Assembly (NCBI RefSeq): GCF_902713615.1
Contig: NC_052147.1
Coordinates: forward strand, 201,903,140 to 201,967,139
Source: Scyliorhinus canicula
Taxonomy: Eukaryota
Length of the DNA: 64,000 nucleotides
Direction: 5' to 3'
A program made the translations under genes and the position numbers. Positions 35,733 to 49,350 of the stretch are shown piece after piece. Within the stretch, counting starts at the first letter, position 1. Every line of letters begins with the position of its first letter. The notes under the pieces are model-generated. The model saw nothing but the letters and a program-made list of their open reading frames with translations. It searched no databases and was not told the DNA's origin.

Positions 35733-38170
35733 CATAGAAACATACTTGGAAAATAGAAGCAGGAGGAAGCCATTCAGACCTTTGAGCCTGCTCTGCCATT
35801 CGTTATGATCATGTCTAACTATCGAATTCAATACCCTGATCCCGCCTTCCCCCATATTCCTTGATCCATTTAGCCCCAAGAGCTATATCTAATTCCTTCT
35901 TGAAATCTCTCAAAGGTTTGGCCTCAGCTACTTTCTGTGGTAGTGAATTCCACAGATTCACCATTCTCTGGGTGAAGAAATTTCTTCTCACCTCATTCCT
36001 AAAAGGTTTACCCCTTATCCCTAAACTATGACCCCTAGTTCTCGACACCCCCACCATCGGGAACATTCTTTCTGAATCTATCCTGTCTAATTGAATTTTA
36101 TAAGTTTCTATGAAATCCCCTCTCACTCTTCTTAACTCCAATAAATACAATCCTAACCGATTTAGTCTCTCCTCTTATGATAGTCCCGTAATCCCAGGAA
36201 TCAGCCTGGTAAACCTGCACTGCACTCACTCCATAGCAAAAACATCCTTCCTCAGGTAAGGACACTAAAACTCCACACAGTATTCCAGGTGTGGCCTCAC
36301 CAACACCCTATACAATTGTAGCAAGACATGCCTATTCCTATACTCCAATCCTCTCATGATGAAGGCCCTCTCACGATGAACATACCGTTTGCCTTGTATA
36401 CCTACGCACGTGCTTTCAGCAACTGGTGCACGAAGACACCAAGGCCTCGCTGAGTATCCACCTCTCAATTTACACCCATTCAAATAATAATCTGCCCTCA
36501 TATTTTTTCTACCGAAGTGGATAACCTCACATTTATTCACGCTATACTGCATCTGTCGTGCATATTCCACAGTTCCCTTTCTATTCTTGCGCCAAATAGG
36601 AATAAAGAACATTTGGAATTCACCACCTATTCGTTCCTTGAATGTCTGCTATTGTCTGTCCATGGTCCTTCAGTAATGTTTCACGGTTCAACATAGCCAA
36701 CTCCTGCATCATGCCTCATACCATCATAGTTACCTTTATTGAGATTTAGGACCCTGGTCTCAGAATCAACTACCTCACTATCCACCTTAAAAAAAAAAGT
36801 CTTATCATAATTACGGTCACTCATCCCCAAAGGTGTTCTCATAACAAGATTGCCAACTAATCCTTTTTCATTGCAGAACACCAAGTTCAAGATGACCTGC
36901 TCACTTGTTGGTGCCTCAACGTATTGGTCCAGAAAGCCATCCCGTATATACTCCAGAAATTGCTCCTCTATTGCACTGTGACTAATTTGACTCACCCAAT
37001 CTATATGCCGATTAAAGTCACCCATGATCACAATGTTCCTTTATCACATGCATCTTGGTCAGCACGGTAGCACAGGTGGATAGCACTGTGGCTTCACAGC
37101 GCCAGGGCCCCAGGTTCGATTCTCCGCTGGGTCACTGTCTGTGCGGAGTCTGCACGTTCTCCCCGTGTCTGCGTGGGTTTCCTCCGGGAGCACCGGCTTT
37201 CTCCCACAGCCCAAAGACGTGCAGGTTAGGTGAATTGGCCATGATAAATTACTCTTGGTGACCAAAAAGGTTAAGAGGGATTACGGGGTTACGGGGATAG
37301 GGTGGAAGTGAGGCCTTAAGTGGGTTGGTGCAGACTCGATGGGCCGAATGGCCTCCTTCTGCACTGTATGTTCTAATGTATCTCTAATTTCCTGTCCAGG
37401 GCAATTCCCTACATTACCACTGCAATTTGGTGGTCTGTATACCACCCCTACAAATGTTTTTTGCTCCTTGGTGTTTCTTAACTTGACCCATGCAGATTCC
37501 ACATCGTCTGTGCTAATATCTTTCCTCAATATTGGATCAATATCTCAAATCAACAATGCAACTCCACCACGTTTTCCTTTTTGCTTGTCCTTCCCAAAAA
37601 ACGAACAGCCCTCAATTTTTAATTCCCATCCTTGGTCACCTTGTCTCTGCCATGTCTCCGTAATCCCAACTATATCATACCCATTACATCTATCTGCGCA
37701 ACAAGTTCATCCATTTTATTTTGAATGTACTGAGTCTTGAGGTACAAAACCTTAAGGCTGGTCCTTTTAATGTTCTTTGTCCCGTCCTTACTATCTTTTA
37801 TTGTCTCCTTATCTGATTCTGGCCCTTGATTTCTCTCCCTATCTCTTCACTTATTCTCCTTGCTGTCCTTTTGGCTTGTTCTTGATTCCCACTGCTCTGA
37901 ACTCTTACATAGGTTCCCAACCCACTGCCATATTAGTTTAAACCCTCCCCAACCACTCTAGCAAGTACCTGGCCGCGCACGTCTGTCCGGTCCTGCCCAG
38001 GTGTAACCCGTCCAGTTCAATACTGGTCCTACCTGCCTCAGACCCAGTCCCAATGCCCCAGGAGTCTGAAACCCTGTCCGTCATACCATCTTTTCAGCCA
38101 CATCTTCATCCTATTTATCCTGCTGTTTCTATCCTGATCTTGAGGAGTAACTCCTGCCATTCAAACCGCC
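35733..38170 (-). mobile_element. CR1 LINE with ORF1 esterase end, APE domain, large internal deletion and 3' end
   Basis: GFRLLGHW...DGLHLG (SGNH esterase-type ORF1), VGVVYRPPN and IMGDFN; most of RT missing near 36550. Confidence 0.9.
37057..37373 (+). mobile_element. SINE type A variant in CR1
   Basis: Head, core and CR1-type tail. Confidence 0.9.
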
Positions 38171-38744
38171 TAGTTTCCTTTAAATAAATATCAGTAATGC
38201 AGCATTGAAATTTTCTATGAGGTAGTTTAATTGGAATTAGAAAAAAGCAATTGAAAAGTAATCTATAGATAGTTCATATAAACTTCGAAGGGTCGTGGTT
38301 GCTTGCAAAAGAGGATTTGGCGAGGGAACAAGAGAATTGGGTTGGACTACGTGGTTTGTGGAGAAAATCACCAGGGTAGACTGATTTAGCACATGGCCTG
38401 TGTCAGTGGATTTCTATGATTCTTAGGATACAAATAGTGTAAGGAAACTGAGAATGTGAATTGGAAGCATCTGGGTACTGCTTGTGGCTGCCTTTGCCTC
38501 AGCTCAGCTGTTGCTGCAACACACATTTGTGCCTTTTCGGCTTAACCCAACACATTCCTGACTGACCTTACATTTTGCACCCTCTGCAACTTTGAGTTCA
38601 TCCAAAACTCTGATCCTTGCATCTTAATGTGCACCAAATCCTGTTCAACCTTGAGTTACATTAGCTTCAATTCTCATTGGAACACGAGTAGGCCAGTGGA
38701 ACACGAGTAGGCCATTCATCTCCCCGAGCCTGCTCCACCATTCA

Positions 38745-39687
38745 TAAGAACATAAGAACTAGGAGCAGGAGTAGGCCATCTGGCCCCTCGAGCCTGCTCC
38801 GCCATTCAATTAGATCATGGCTGATCTTTTGTGGACTCAGCTCCACTTTCCGGCCCGAACACCATAACCCTTAATCCCTTTATTCTTCAAAAAACTATCT
38901 ATCTTTACCTTAAAAACATGTAATGAAGGAGCCTCAACTGCTTCACTGGGCAAGGAATTCCATAGATTCACAACCCTTTGGGTGAAGAAGTTCCTCCTAA
39001 ACTCAGTCCTAAATCTACTTCCCCTTATTTTGAGGCTATGTCCCCTAGTTCTGCTGTCACCCGCCAGTGGAAACAACCTGCCCGCATCTATCCTATCTAT
39101 TCCCTTCATAATTTTAAATGTTTCTATAAGATCCCCCCTCATCCTTCTAAATTCCAATGAGTACAGTCCCAGTCTACTCAACCTCTCCTCATAATCCAAC
39201 CGCTTCAGCTCTGGGATTAACCTAGTGAATCTCCTCTGCACACCCTCCAGCGCCAGTATGTCCTTTCTCAAGTAAGGAGACCAAAACTGAACACAATACT
39301 CCAGGTGTGGCCGCACTAACACCTTATACAATTGCAACATAACCTCCCTAGTCTTAAACTCCATCCCTCTAGCAATGAAGGACAAAATTCCATTTGCCTT
39401 TTTAATCACCTGTTGCACTTGTAAACCAACCTTCTGTGACTCATGCACTAGCACACCCAAGTCTCTCTGAACAGCAGCATGCTTTAATATTTTATTGTTT
39501 AAATAATAATCCCGTTTGCTGTTATTCCTACCAAAATGGATAACCTCACATTTGTCAACATTGTATTCCATCTGCCAGACCCGAGCCCATTCACTTAACC
39601 TATCCAAATCCCTCTGCAGACTTCCAGTATCTTCTGCACTTTTCGCTTTACCACTCATCTTAGTGTCATCTGCAAACTTGGACACAT
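38745..39687 (-). mobile_element. Young 5'-truncated CR1 LINE; uninterrupted 282-aa ORF2 C-terminus at 38837-39685
   Basis: SKFADDTK through AGKWS* without disablement; 3' end (ttcttatg)n. Confidence 0.95.
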
Positions 39688-39969
39688 CAATGAGATTATG
39701 ACTGATCTGTTGCCTACTCTGATACCTGCCTTTGGCCCATATCCCTAATATCTTTGCAAAAATTTATCTATCTCAGATTTAAAATTAACGACTGATCTTG
39801 CATCAGTTACCATTTGTGAAAGAGAATTCCACATTTTGTGGGTAGATGTGCTTCCTACCATCTCTCCTGAATGGCCTGGCCCAATTTTTAAACTATGCCC
39901 CCTAGTTCTAAACTCTCCAACCTGTGAAAACAGTTTATCTTTATCTACCCTATCTTTTCCTGTTTATAT

Positions 39970-40200
39970 ATTTTTTAAAATATAAATTTAGAATACCCAA
40001 TTCATTTTTTCCAATTCAGGGGCAATTTAGCATGGCCACTCCACCTGTCCTGCGCATCTTTGGGTTGTGGTGGTGAAATCCACGCAAACACAGGGAGAAT
40101 GTGCAAACTCCACACAGACAGTGACCCAGAGCCAGGATCGAACCTGGGACCTCGGCACAATGAGGCAACATGGCTAACCCACTGCGCCACCGTGCTGCCG
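39970..40200 (-). mobile_element. SINE type D
   Basis: A-rich tail; 13-bp TSD ttcctgtttatat (39957-39969 and 40202-40214). Confidence 0.9.
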
Positions 40201-41469
40201 CTTCCTGTTTATATCTTGAAGACTTTGATCAGATCACCCCTTAACCATCTAAATTCTAGAGAAAGCAGCCTAATTAGTATAATCTCTCCTCGTAACTTAC
40301 CCCTCAAATCCAGGTATCGTTCTTGTAAACCTTTGTTGCATTCCCTCCAAGACCAAAATATCCATCCTAAGGTGTGGCGCCCAGATATGCTCAGAACACT
40401 CCAAGTAGGGTTTAACCAGAGCTTTGTAAAGCTGCAGCATAACCTTTGCATCCTTATACTCCAGTCCTCTAGATTTAAAGGCCAACATTCCATAAGCCTT
40501 TGTGGCATTTTAAAGATCGATACCCTTGACCCCCAGGTCTCTTTGGACATCCATTGTATTTAGCTTTGTACCATCTAGGAAGTACCCTGGTCCATCCTTT
40601 TCTGGTTCATAATGGATATCCTCACACTTGCTTATATTAAAATCCAAGTGCCACAGTTTTGCCCATTCACCTAGTCTATCAATATCACTTTGTAATTTTA
40701 TGCTGTCATCAACACTGTCTATAATGCCACTCAACTTTGTAATCAGCAAATTTGGATATATGATTTTCTGTGCCATTATCCAAATCATTAATGAATAATG
40801 TGAACAATTGAAGCCCTAACACAGATTCTGTGGGGGAACACCACCAGTCACATCCTGCCAACTTGAGTTATCCTATTATCCCTACTTTCTGCCGATTGTC
40901 ACTCACCCAATTTCCCAGCCATGTCAATAATTTTCCCTAAATTCATGGGCTTTTACCTTGGTTAACAGTCTATTATGTGGAACTTTATTAAATGCCTTCT
41001 GGAAGTCCATATAAACAACATCCATAGACATTCCCCTGTCAACTACCTTAGTCACCTCTTCAAAAATTTCAATGAGGTTTGTCAGGAATGACCTACCTGT
41101 CATGAATCCATGCTGGTTTTCATGTCCCTCCCCCCAACCCTGCCATTTCTCTGTAGTTTCCTTAAGCTCTGCCTCTCTCATAGATCACTGCACTCTTCCA
41201 ATTCTGACACCTCTACACATTAATTACACCACAATTGGAGGCAGTGTATTCTGCAGCTGGGGCTCTAAACCCAGGAATTACCTCCCTTATATTCTCAGCC
41301 TCTCTCTCCCTCTCTTGAGATGCTATTTAAATCTACCTTTTGATCAAACCTGTCCTAATATTTTCTTCCCACGAGCAAGCTGATTGTAGCACCATGTTGC
41401 AGGGGCGCATTCAAGTGGGGGAGTAAAAAGGAATTTAGGATTTTGCAGCTGAGAGCATGAGTCCTAAAG

Positions 41470-41830
41470 GCTGTGTTGCCTCTTTGGTGCTAGCATTAAA
41501 GACACCTCTTCAGGGCTGGAGAGGAACTTGTAGTGAGAGGAAAAATATCCAGTTATAGTGATCAAGGTAGGTGTCAACAACAGAGATAGAACTAAGAAAA
41601 TGGTTCTGCTGGTGCCATATGAAAAGCTGGGACCAAGTTTAAAAATCAGAACCACAAAAGATTTAATTCCTGGATTACTACCTGAGCCAAAGGAAAGTTA
41701 GCACTGGATCAGTAAGGTCAAGAGTTGACTGCATGGCTTAAAGATTGATGTGGAGAAATGGGTTTCAATTTATGAGCACTGCCACCAATACTGGGGAAAG
41801 TGTTCTGTTGGGATACATTATGCTGAAGAA
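41470..41830 (+). mobile_element. CR1 ORF1 (SGNH esterase-like) fragment
   Basis: PVIVIKVGVNNRDRTK...KIRTTK...GLLPEP. Confidence 0.7.
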
Positions 41831-43300
41831 GCCATACACATCGTGGTCATCGGCGAGTTGCTGAGTCTCCTCTGCTCTTTCCACCCACCATCAGTTCTTT
41901 AGGTCGCAGGTTCTTTGAACATTGTTGGAACTAGTTATGGGTGGCAGGTTCAACTGAGGATTGGATTGGATTTGATTTATTGTCAGGTGTACCGGGGGAC
42001 AGTGAAAAGTATTGTTCTGCGTACAGTTCAGACAGATAATTCCATACATGAAAAAACATAGGGCATACATGAATACACAATGTAAATACATAGGCACAGG
42101 CATTAGGTAGAGTGTAGTACTACTCCGTAGAGATCAGTACATTTAGAAAGTCGAAGAGAAAGGACAGATAATAATGCAAGCAATATGGGTAATGACCAGA
42201 GTATGACAGGAAGGGACAGAACATACGAACATAAAACTGAAAGAGCAAGTAGGGACAGATGAAAAAACAATAGTAAGAGAACAAATTAAAGGCCAGGTTA
42301 GCGGTGAGGCACCGACTGAATAGCTCTTTCTTCTCAGGGTCTTGAGTCCAGCAACATTGAGTCTCCTGCGGCAGAGTTTTTTCAGTCTGTGCCGGTTTGG
42401 GGCCAGGCTGATGGAGATGGACATGGCAGAGAGGATTAGCCGGTGGTCAGTCCAGCAGTCATCAGCTCCGGTCATGGTGAGGGTGATGCAGACATGGTCC
42501 CTTGCTCGGACGATGATATAGTCTATTGGTTGCCAGTGCTTGGAGCGGGGTTGTTGCCAAAGTCTTCTGCTTGTCCCTCTGGCGGAACAGGGTGTTCATG
42601 ATGACCAGGTCATGTTCTAAACATTTTGTCAGGAGGAGAACTCTGTTGCCGTTTGTTTTCCCTACACCGTCCCTGCCTAACACACCTTATGAAAGGTTTG
42701 CACAATTCTCAACTCTAGCATTCAAGTCACAGAGGGGAATCAGATTGTCACCCTTTGGGATGTGGGACAGCGATTGGTTCAGCCTGGAGTAGAATGCCTT
42801 GTTTGTCTCCTCTGTTGCATCTAAGTTTGGAGCGTAGGCCCTGATGGCTCTAATGTGCTGCTTCTGGGCCAGGGTGAGCTGTAGGGTCATGCAGCATTCG
42901 CTCACCCCGCCGGGGGGGGGGGGGGGGGATTCATTGAGACATCCAATCAATTTGTTTTTTACAGTGAAGCCAACCCCATAGAGTCAACAATCTTCTTCTG
43001 GTTTGCCTTTCCAGAAGAAGGTGTATCCACCACCTTGTTCTTTAAGCTGGTCTTCTCCTGCCAGTCATGTCTCGCTCAGGGCGATGATGTCGATGTCAGA
43101 GTTCTCAGGCTATGAAGGCAGTGCGATGTTCAGGTCTGTTGCTGTTGGTGTTGACCATAAGGGTTCTGACATTCCAGTTTCCGAAATTCATTTGGGTAGG
43201 TGGAATTGGGGTGGAAGATGCCTGTGAATGGATTCTTTTAACATGCGGTGGTTGTTGCGTACCAACGACCTCGCGGTCCCAGTGGAGCGAGCTCTTGGTC
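41830..43300 (-). mobile_element. RTE-clade (BovB-like) LINE endonuclease region, interrupted
   Basis: IRAYAPNLDATEETNKAFYSRL...DLNARV, GVGKTNGNRVLLLTKCLEHDLVIMNTLF and ADDCWTDHRLI. Confidence 0.85.
41959..42135 (-). mobile_element. Rex1/Babar-type LINE 3' end
   Basis: Sense end tacttttcactgt...cctgacaataaatcaaatcc(aatcc)n. Clade assignment is from recall. Confidence 0.6.
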
Positions 43301-43339
43301 CAGTGGCAAGGAAATCAGAGATGGCTGGAGACGAGGCTT

Positions 43340-44540
43340 TGCTGCAGCTTAGGATGTTATATGCCTTAACTGCTCTCTCCAGCTGTCCTGCCGCCTTCAA
43401 TAATCTAAGCACATATTACACCCAGGTCCCTCTGCTCCTGCACACCTTAAGAATTGTACCCCTTATTTGTCCTGTTCTTCCGACCAAGGTGCATCATTTC
43501 CCACCTCTTCACATTGAACCTCATCTCCCACCTATCTGAGAAACTCCACCAACTTGTCTATGTTCTTTTGAAGTTCTACACTGTCCTCCTCACAGTTTAT
43601 AATTCTTCCAAGTTTGTGCCAAGTTCACAAACTTTGAAATTGTCTCCCTGCATACTAAGGTCTAGATCACTGATGTATATTAGGAAAAGAAAGGGTCCTA
43701 ATACTGACCCTTGGGGAACTTCACTTCAAACCTTCCTCTAGCCTGAAAAATATACATTGACCGTTACTCTCTGCTTTCTATTATTCAGCCAATTTTGCAT
43801 CCACATTATTACTGTCCCTTTTATTACATGAACTATATTTTTTCTCAAGTCTGTTGTGTGGCACTGTATTGAATGCCTTTTGAAACTTCACGTACACCAC
43901 ATCAACAGCGTTGCCCTCCTCAACCTTTTCTGTTACCTTTTCAAAAAATTCCAGCAAGTTAGTTAAAGACTGTTTCCCCTTTAGAAATCCACGTTGGCTT
44001 CCTAATTAATCCATATTTTTCCATGTAACTAATTATATCCCAAATACATTTTTTCTTGAAGCTTCCCCACCTCTGATATTAAACTGACTGGTCTGTAATT
44101 TCTGGGATTACCTTTACCACCTTTTTTAAACAATGTTTGCAGTTTTCCAGCCCTCTGGCAGCTCTTGAACCTAGAGAGGACTGGAAAGGTATGGCTAGTA
44201 TCCTGGCAATTTCCACTCTCACTCTCTTCAATATCCTTTTATGCATCTCATCCAGTCCCAGTGCCTTGTAAACATCCAACAGTCTATCCAACACTTCCTC
44301 CTTATCAGTTTGAACCCTTCTAGTGACAGAGTTTCTTCCTCCTGTCACCATGGCCTGGATAGCATCTACCTCCTTGGTAAAGACAGATGCAAAGTATTCA
44401 TTTTACACCTCAGCCATGTGTAGATTCCTGTTTGGGTCTTTAATCAGCCCTACTCCTCTTTTTACCAATTACTTTTAAGGTGCGATTGAATACTTTGGGA
44501 TTCCCCCTGGCTGCCAGTTTTTTCTCATAATCCCTTCACT
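43340..44540 (-). mobile_element. Old CR1 LINE RT fragment
   Basis: Minus-strand VPQGSVLGP and KALGLDEMHKRILK. Confidence 0.85.
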
Positions 44541-44549
44541 TCTCTCATT

Positions 44550-44910
44550 TTTTTGAAAGAAAAGACTTGCAATGTTTTAAAAAATTAGCGGCAGATCAGA
44601 AGATTGGAAAATTTTAGAAATCAGCAAAGGATGATTTATAAAATAGAGAGGATTATGAATAAACCAGCACAAAATATAAAGATGGACATTGACCTTCGAC
44701 AAATGTATAAAATGGGAGTGAATAGCTAAATATTAGTCGATTGGAGGGTGAGACTGGGGAATAAAAAATGGGAAACCAGGAAATGCTAGAGACTTTGGAC
44801 AAATATTTTGTCTCTTTCTGGTGGAAAATTTGAAAAGCGCCTCAGTAATACTAGAAAATCAGAGATAAGATGAAGGGAGGAAGCTAAAACAATAATTCTC
44901 CCTGAAAAAA
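44550..44910 (+). mobile_element. Old CR1 ORF2 linker fragment
   Basis: Homologous to 46830-47010 and 49365-49500 (EMLETLDKYFVS). Confidence 0.65.
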
Positions 44911-45729
44911 TGTACACCTCTCATCAACCTCCCATGGTTCCTCATCACCTCCATGCCACCTTTATAGCCACCAGCCCCCCAAAAAATTAACTTTTAACTA
45001 TCTAGCACAGTTCTTACTCCGACACACTTCACTGGTTAAGAAGAATAATTCACCAAACTCATTCAAAGCCTTTAAATCTCCTTAAGTGGTATCCCTTATA
45101 AAAGAAATGATCTTTCCTTTAGACCATGCATCGAATACAGCTAATCCTTTAATAGCCTCTTTGAACTGCCGATCAATCTATTAATCAAACTGCAAACTCG
45201 GGAACCCCTTTTGAGATAATTGTAGCTTTTGAAATGCAGCCAAGTATTTATAATGGCGTAGTATTAAGATGTGATGTCAACAAAGAATTCTACTGAAACT
45301 GCTCAGATAGATACCTTTTTTTTCTAACCTGCAACCAATGACCTGCCAACAAATCAGAGGCTTTTTTCACTGCTCAGTATTCTTTGCAGCCTTTTTATAT
45401 GTTGAAAAAAGCAGGGGTTTAAAAAACTTAAGATCATGGTAGCTATATACAGACCTCGCTGTTTATGATTATTCTATCAATTCGTGACTCCTGTACTGTT
45501 GGTTCAGGCTCTTGCCGAAGTCAAAATAGGATGTTCACTGAGTTCAAATGGCCGTGCTGAGTTCAGGTTTGCCTCCTGTCTGAAACATGTGGCGCTTCCT
45601 TTTCCCTTCCTGAGAAAACTGATTTGTTGGAAATGGAAAAGGTCTTTGGCGTCCAGGTCCCGTTCATCATTTTTATCAATTATATTGACTCTGTGAAAAT
45701 CCAGACCAGTTAAGATAAGTGCGTAATTC

Positions 45730-46150
45730 TCAGATTGGCAGACTGTAATTAGCGGATGCTGCTGGGATCAGTGTGGGCATCTCAATTTTTAAAAATCTAT
45801 ATCCGTGACTGGGTGAAAGGACCAAGTTTATTTTAACCAAATTGTTGATGATGCAAAGGTAAGTGGAAAAATGTAATGAGGAAGACATGAGTTTGAAAAA
45901 GGTTATAGATGGGTTAAGAGAGTAGGCACAAGATTGGAAGATGGGGTGCAATGTGGGAACATGTAAGGTTATCCACTTTGGTAGGAAGAATAGAAAAACA
46001 AAGTAGTTAAATGCAGAGAGACTACAGAATGCTGTAGTACAGAGGGATCTGGATGTCTTGGTAGATGAAGTACAAACATTTAGCAGGCAGGTACATCAAG
46101 TAATTAGGAAGGCAAATAGGATTTTGGCCTTTATTGAAAAGGGAATGATA
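45730..46150 (+). mobile_element. Old CR1 RT fragment
   Basis: Degenerate VDDAK, VIHFGRKN and QRDLDVLV motifs. Confidence 0.8.
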
Positions 46151-46550
46151 TATCACCTCCCAAGATTTGAATGTTGAGTCCAAACCAGCAGGTAGGAAAA
46201 GGTGATTATTGCAAATAGAGGATAGCGAAGACAGGGAAAGTAGCAAGAAATTCTGCCTAACCTGCTTCCAAATTCTCATGGAAGAAGGAGACCACCACTG
46301 GATTTGAGGAAAATCTAACAGGGGGAAAAAGGCAACAATGCACTAACTATTGCACAAAGAATAGAAGTAGTGCAGGAGCACGCTTCCATTTGTCCCCAAA
46401 TGGACCCGGAATCACTAAACCATAACAATATTTTTTGAATATTGGCTGCCCAATGATAAAACAACAAAGTGGGGAGGGTGAGGCCCTCCGATTGTCTGTA
46501 CCTTTGGAGCAGAACACCATGGATTCTAGGAGTCCTACTCCACCAAATTC

Positions 46551-46803
46551 TCCCACGTTCTCCCTGTGTGTGCGTGGGTTTCCTCCGGGTGCTCCGGTTT
46601 CCTCCCACAGTCCAAAGATGCGCAGATTAGGTGGATTGGCCATGCTAAATTGCCCTTAGTGTCCAAAATTGCCCTTATTGTTGGGTGGGGTTACTGGGTT
46701 ATGGGGATAGGGTGGAGGTGTGGGCTTGGGTAGGATGCTCTTTCCAAGAGCCGGTGCAGACTCGATGGGCCGAATGGCCTCCTTCTGCACTGTAACGTCT
46801 ATG
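46551..46803 (+). mobile_element. SINE type A, 5'-truncated
   Basis: Core and CR1-type tail. Confidence 0.9.
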
Positions 46804-47013
46804 AAAAATGGAAGAGCATACAAATTAGCAAGAAAAAGTAATAGAGCTGAGGCCTGGAAACAGTTTAAAATTCAGCATAGGCGGACAAAATGATTGATTT
46901 AAGAAAGGAAAAATGCAATATGAAAGTAAGTTAGCGGTGTATTCTGTAAATATATAAAGAGAAAAAGGTTGAAAAAAATGAATGTAGGCTCCTTAGTCAG
47001 AAATGGGGGAATT

Positions 47014-49129
47014 TGTTGTGCACGAGGACCAGACAGGTTTTGTAAAGGGGTTGTGCACGAGGACCAGACAGGTTTTGTGAAGGGAAGGCAGCTGAACACG
47101 AATGTGCGGAGATTGCTGAATGTCATTATGATGCCGGCGATTGAGGGGGTGGCAGAGATAGTGGTGGCACTGGATGCGGAGAAGGCCTTCGGTGGAGTGG
47201 GGGTACCTATGGGAGGTGTTGGGGAGGTTTGGATTTGGTGAAGGGTTCATTAGATGGGTACGGCTGTTATATGAGGCCCCGATGGCGTGCGTGGCTATGA
47301 ATAGAGGTCGGAGTACTTCCGGCTTTACCGAGGGACCAGGCAGGGTTGCCCCTTGTCCCCCTTGTTGTTTGCACTGGCAATCGAGCCGCTGGCGATGGCA
47401 TTGAGAGATTCAGAGAGGTGGAGAGGCTTGGTGCGAGGTGGAGAGGAACATAGGGTGTCGTTGTATGCCGACGACCTGTTACTGTATGTGGCGGACCCGG
47501 TGGGAGGGATGCCGGGAGTGATGGAGTTACTAGCCGAGTTTGGGACCTTCTCAGGTTATAAATTAAACTTAGGCAAGAGCGAGGTGTTTGTGGTGCACCC
47601 TGGAGACCAGGAGGAAGGAATTGGTAGGCTCCCGCTTAGGCGGGCAGGGGAGAGCTTTAGGTACCTGGGGGTGCAAGTGGCCAGGGACTGGGGGACTCTC
47701 CACAAGCATAACTTTACCAGGCTGGTAGATCAGATGGAGGAGGAGTTCAGGAGGTGGGACATGCTGCCATTGTCGTTGGCGGGGAGGGTGCAGTCCGTCA
47801 AAATGACAGTGCTTCCGAGGTTTTTGTTCCTTTTTCAGTGCCTGCCCATATTTATCCCCAGGGCCTTCTTTAGGAGAGTGACTAGCAGTATTCTGAGTTT
47901 TGTGTGGGCACATGGGACTCCGAGAGTGAGGAGGGTGTTCCTGGAGCGAGGAAGGGATGGAGGTGGGCTGGCACTGCCCAACCTTCTGGGGTACTATTGG
48001 GCAGCCAATGTGTCAATGGTGCGTAAATGGGTGATGGAGGGGGGGAGGTGTGGCGTGGAAAAGAATGGAGATGGCGTCATGTAGAGGTACGAGCCTGGGT
48101 GCTATGGTAACGGCACCGTTGCCGCTCTCCCCTAAGAGGTTTACCACGAGCCCGGTGGTGGCGGCGACCCTAAGAATCTGGGAACAATGGAGACGGCATC
48201 GGGGGGAAACAGGGGCCTCGATGGAGGCTCCACTGGGTGGCAACCATCGGTTCATCCCGGGGAACACGGATGGGGGATTCAGGGGGTGGCAAAGGACGGG
48301 CATCAGCAAATTGAGGGACCTGTTTATTGGCGGGAGGTTTGCGGGCCTGGGGGAACTGGAAGATAAATTTGGCCTTCCCCAGGGGAACATGTTCAGATAC
48401 CTGCAGGTAAAGGCGTTTGCTAGGCGACAGGTAGAGGGATTCCCTTTGCTGCCCTCGCAGGGGGCGATGGACAGAGTGCTTTCGGGGGTGTGGGTAGGAA
48501 AGGGGAAGGTGTCTGACATCTATAAGGTAATGCAGGAGGTGGAGGAGTCGTCAGTGGAGGAGCTGAAGGCTAAATGGGAGGAGGAACTCGGGGAGCAGAT
48601 AGAGGACGGGACTTGGGCGGATGCCTTGGACAGAGTCAACTCTTCCTCCTCATGTGCGAGGCTTAGTCTCATCCAATTTAAGGTGCTGCACCGGGCCCAC
48701 ATGTCCGGGACTAGGATGAGTAGGTTCTTCGGGGGTGAGGACAGGTGCACCAGATGTTCGGGGAGTCCTGCGAACCACGCCCATATGTTCTGGGCATGCC
48801 CAGCACTGGAAGAATTCTGGAAGGGGGTGGCGGGGACGGTGTCGAGGGTGGTTGGATCCAGGGTCAAACCAGGGTGGGGACTCGCGATTTTTGGAGTTGC
48901 GGTGGAGCCGGGAGTGCAGGAGGCGAAAGAGGCCGGTGTCCTGGCCTTTGCGTCCCTAGTAGCCCGTCGAAGGATTCTGTTACAATGGAAGGATGCAAGG
49001 CCCCCAAGTGTGGAGACCTGGATCAGTGACATGGCGGGATTTATAAAATTGGAAAAGGTCAAATTTGCCCTGAGAGGATCAATACAAGGGTTCTATAAAC
49101 GATGGCAGCCTTTTTTGGACTTCCTGGCT

Positions 49130-49162
<33 letters not shown>

Positions 49163-49350
49163 TTATTGTAGTGTTTATTCTGTAACTTTATAGTGTGTTA
49201 ATATGCGTTGTTGTTAAAATGCTGGGTTGTTCATGGGGATGGGGCGAATGTATATGATTGTTAATATTATTGTTATTTTCGGTATTTTACTAAGGTGCGT
49301 CAATGTTGTATAAAATCAAAATTTCTCAATAAAAATGATTTAAAAAAAAA
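47014..49350 (+). mobile_element. Young 5'-truncated L1/Tx1-type LINE (same family as 28761-32890)
   Basis: YADD and C-terminal domain ORFs; AATAAA and poly(A); TSD gaaatgggggaatt (47000-47013 and 49351-49364). Confidence 0.95.

Larger units (their letters stand above)
38700..41120 (-). mobile_element. Older CR1 LINE (RT to 3' end) hosting a young CR1 and a type-D SINE
   Basis: QHGFMTGRSFLTNL, MDFQKAFNKV and RGDLIKVFKI. Confidence 0.9.

Noticed and set aside
49131-49160. Long G/C homopolymers (also near 8990, 9443, 16659, 53725 and 56567)
   Set aside because: Nearly all lie within TEs and their lengths are unreliable in assemblies; no function can be supported.
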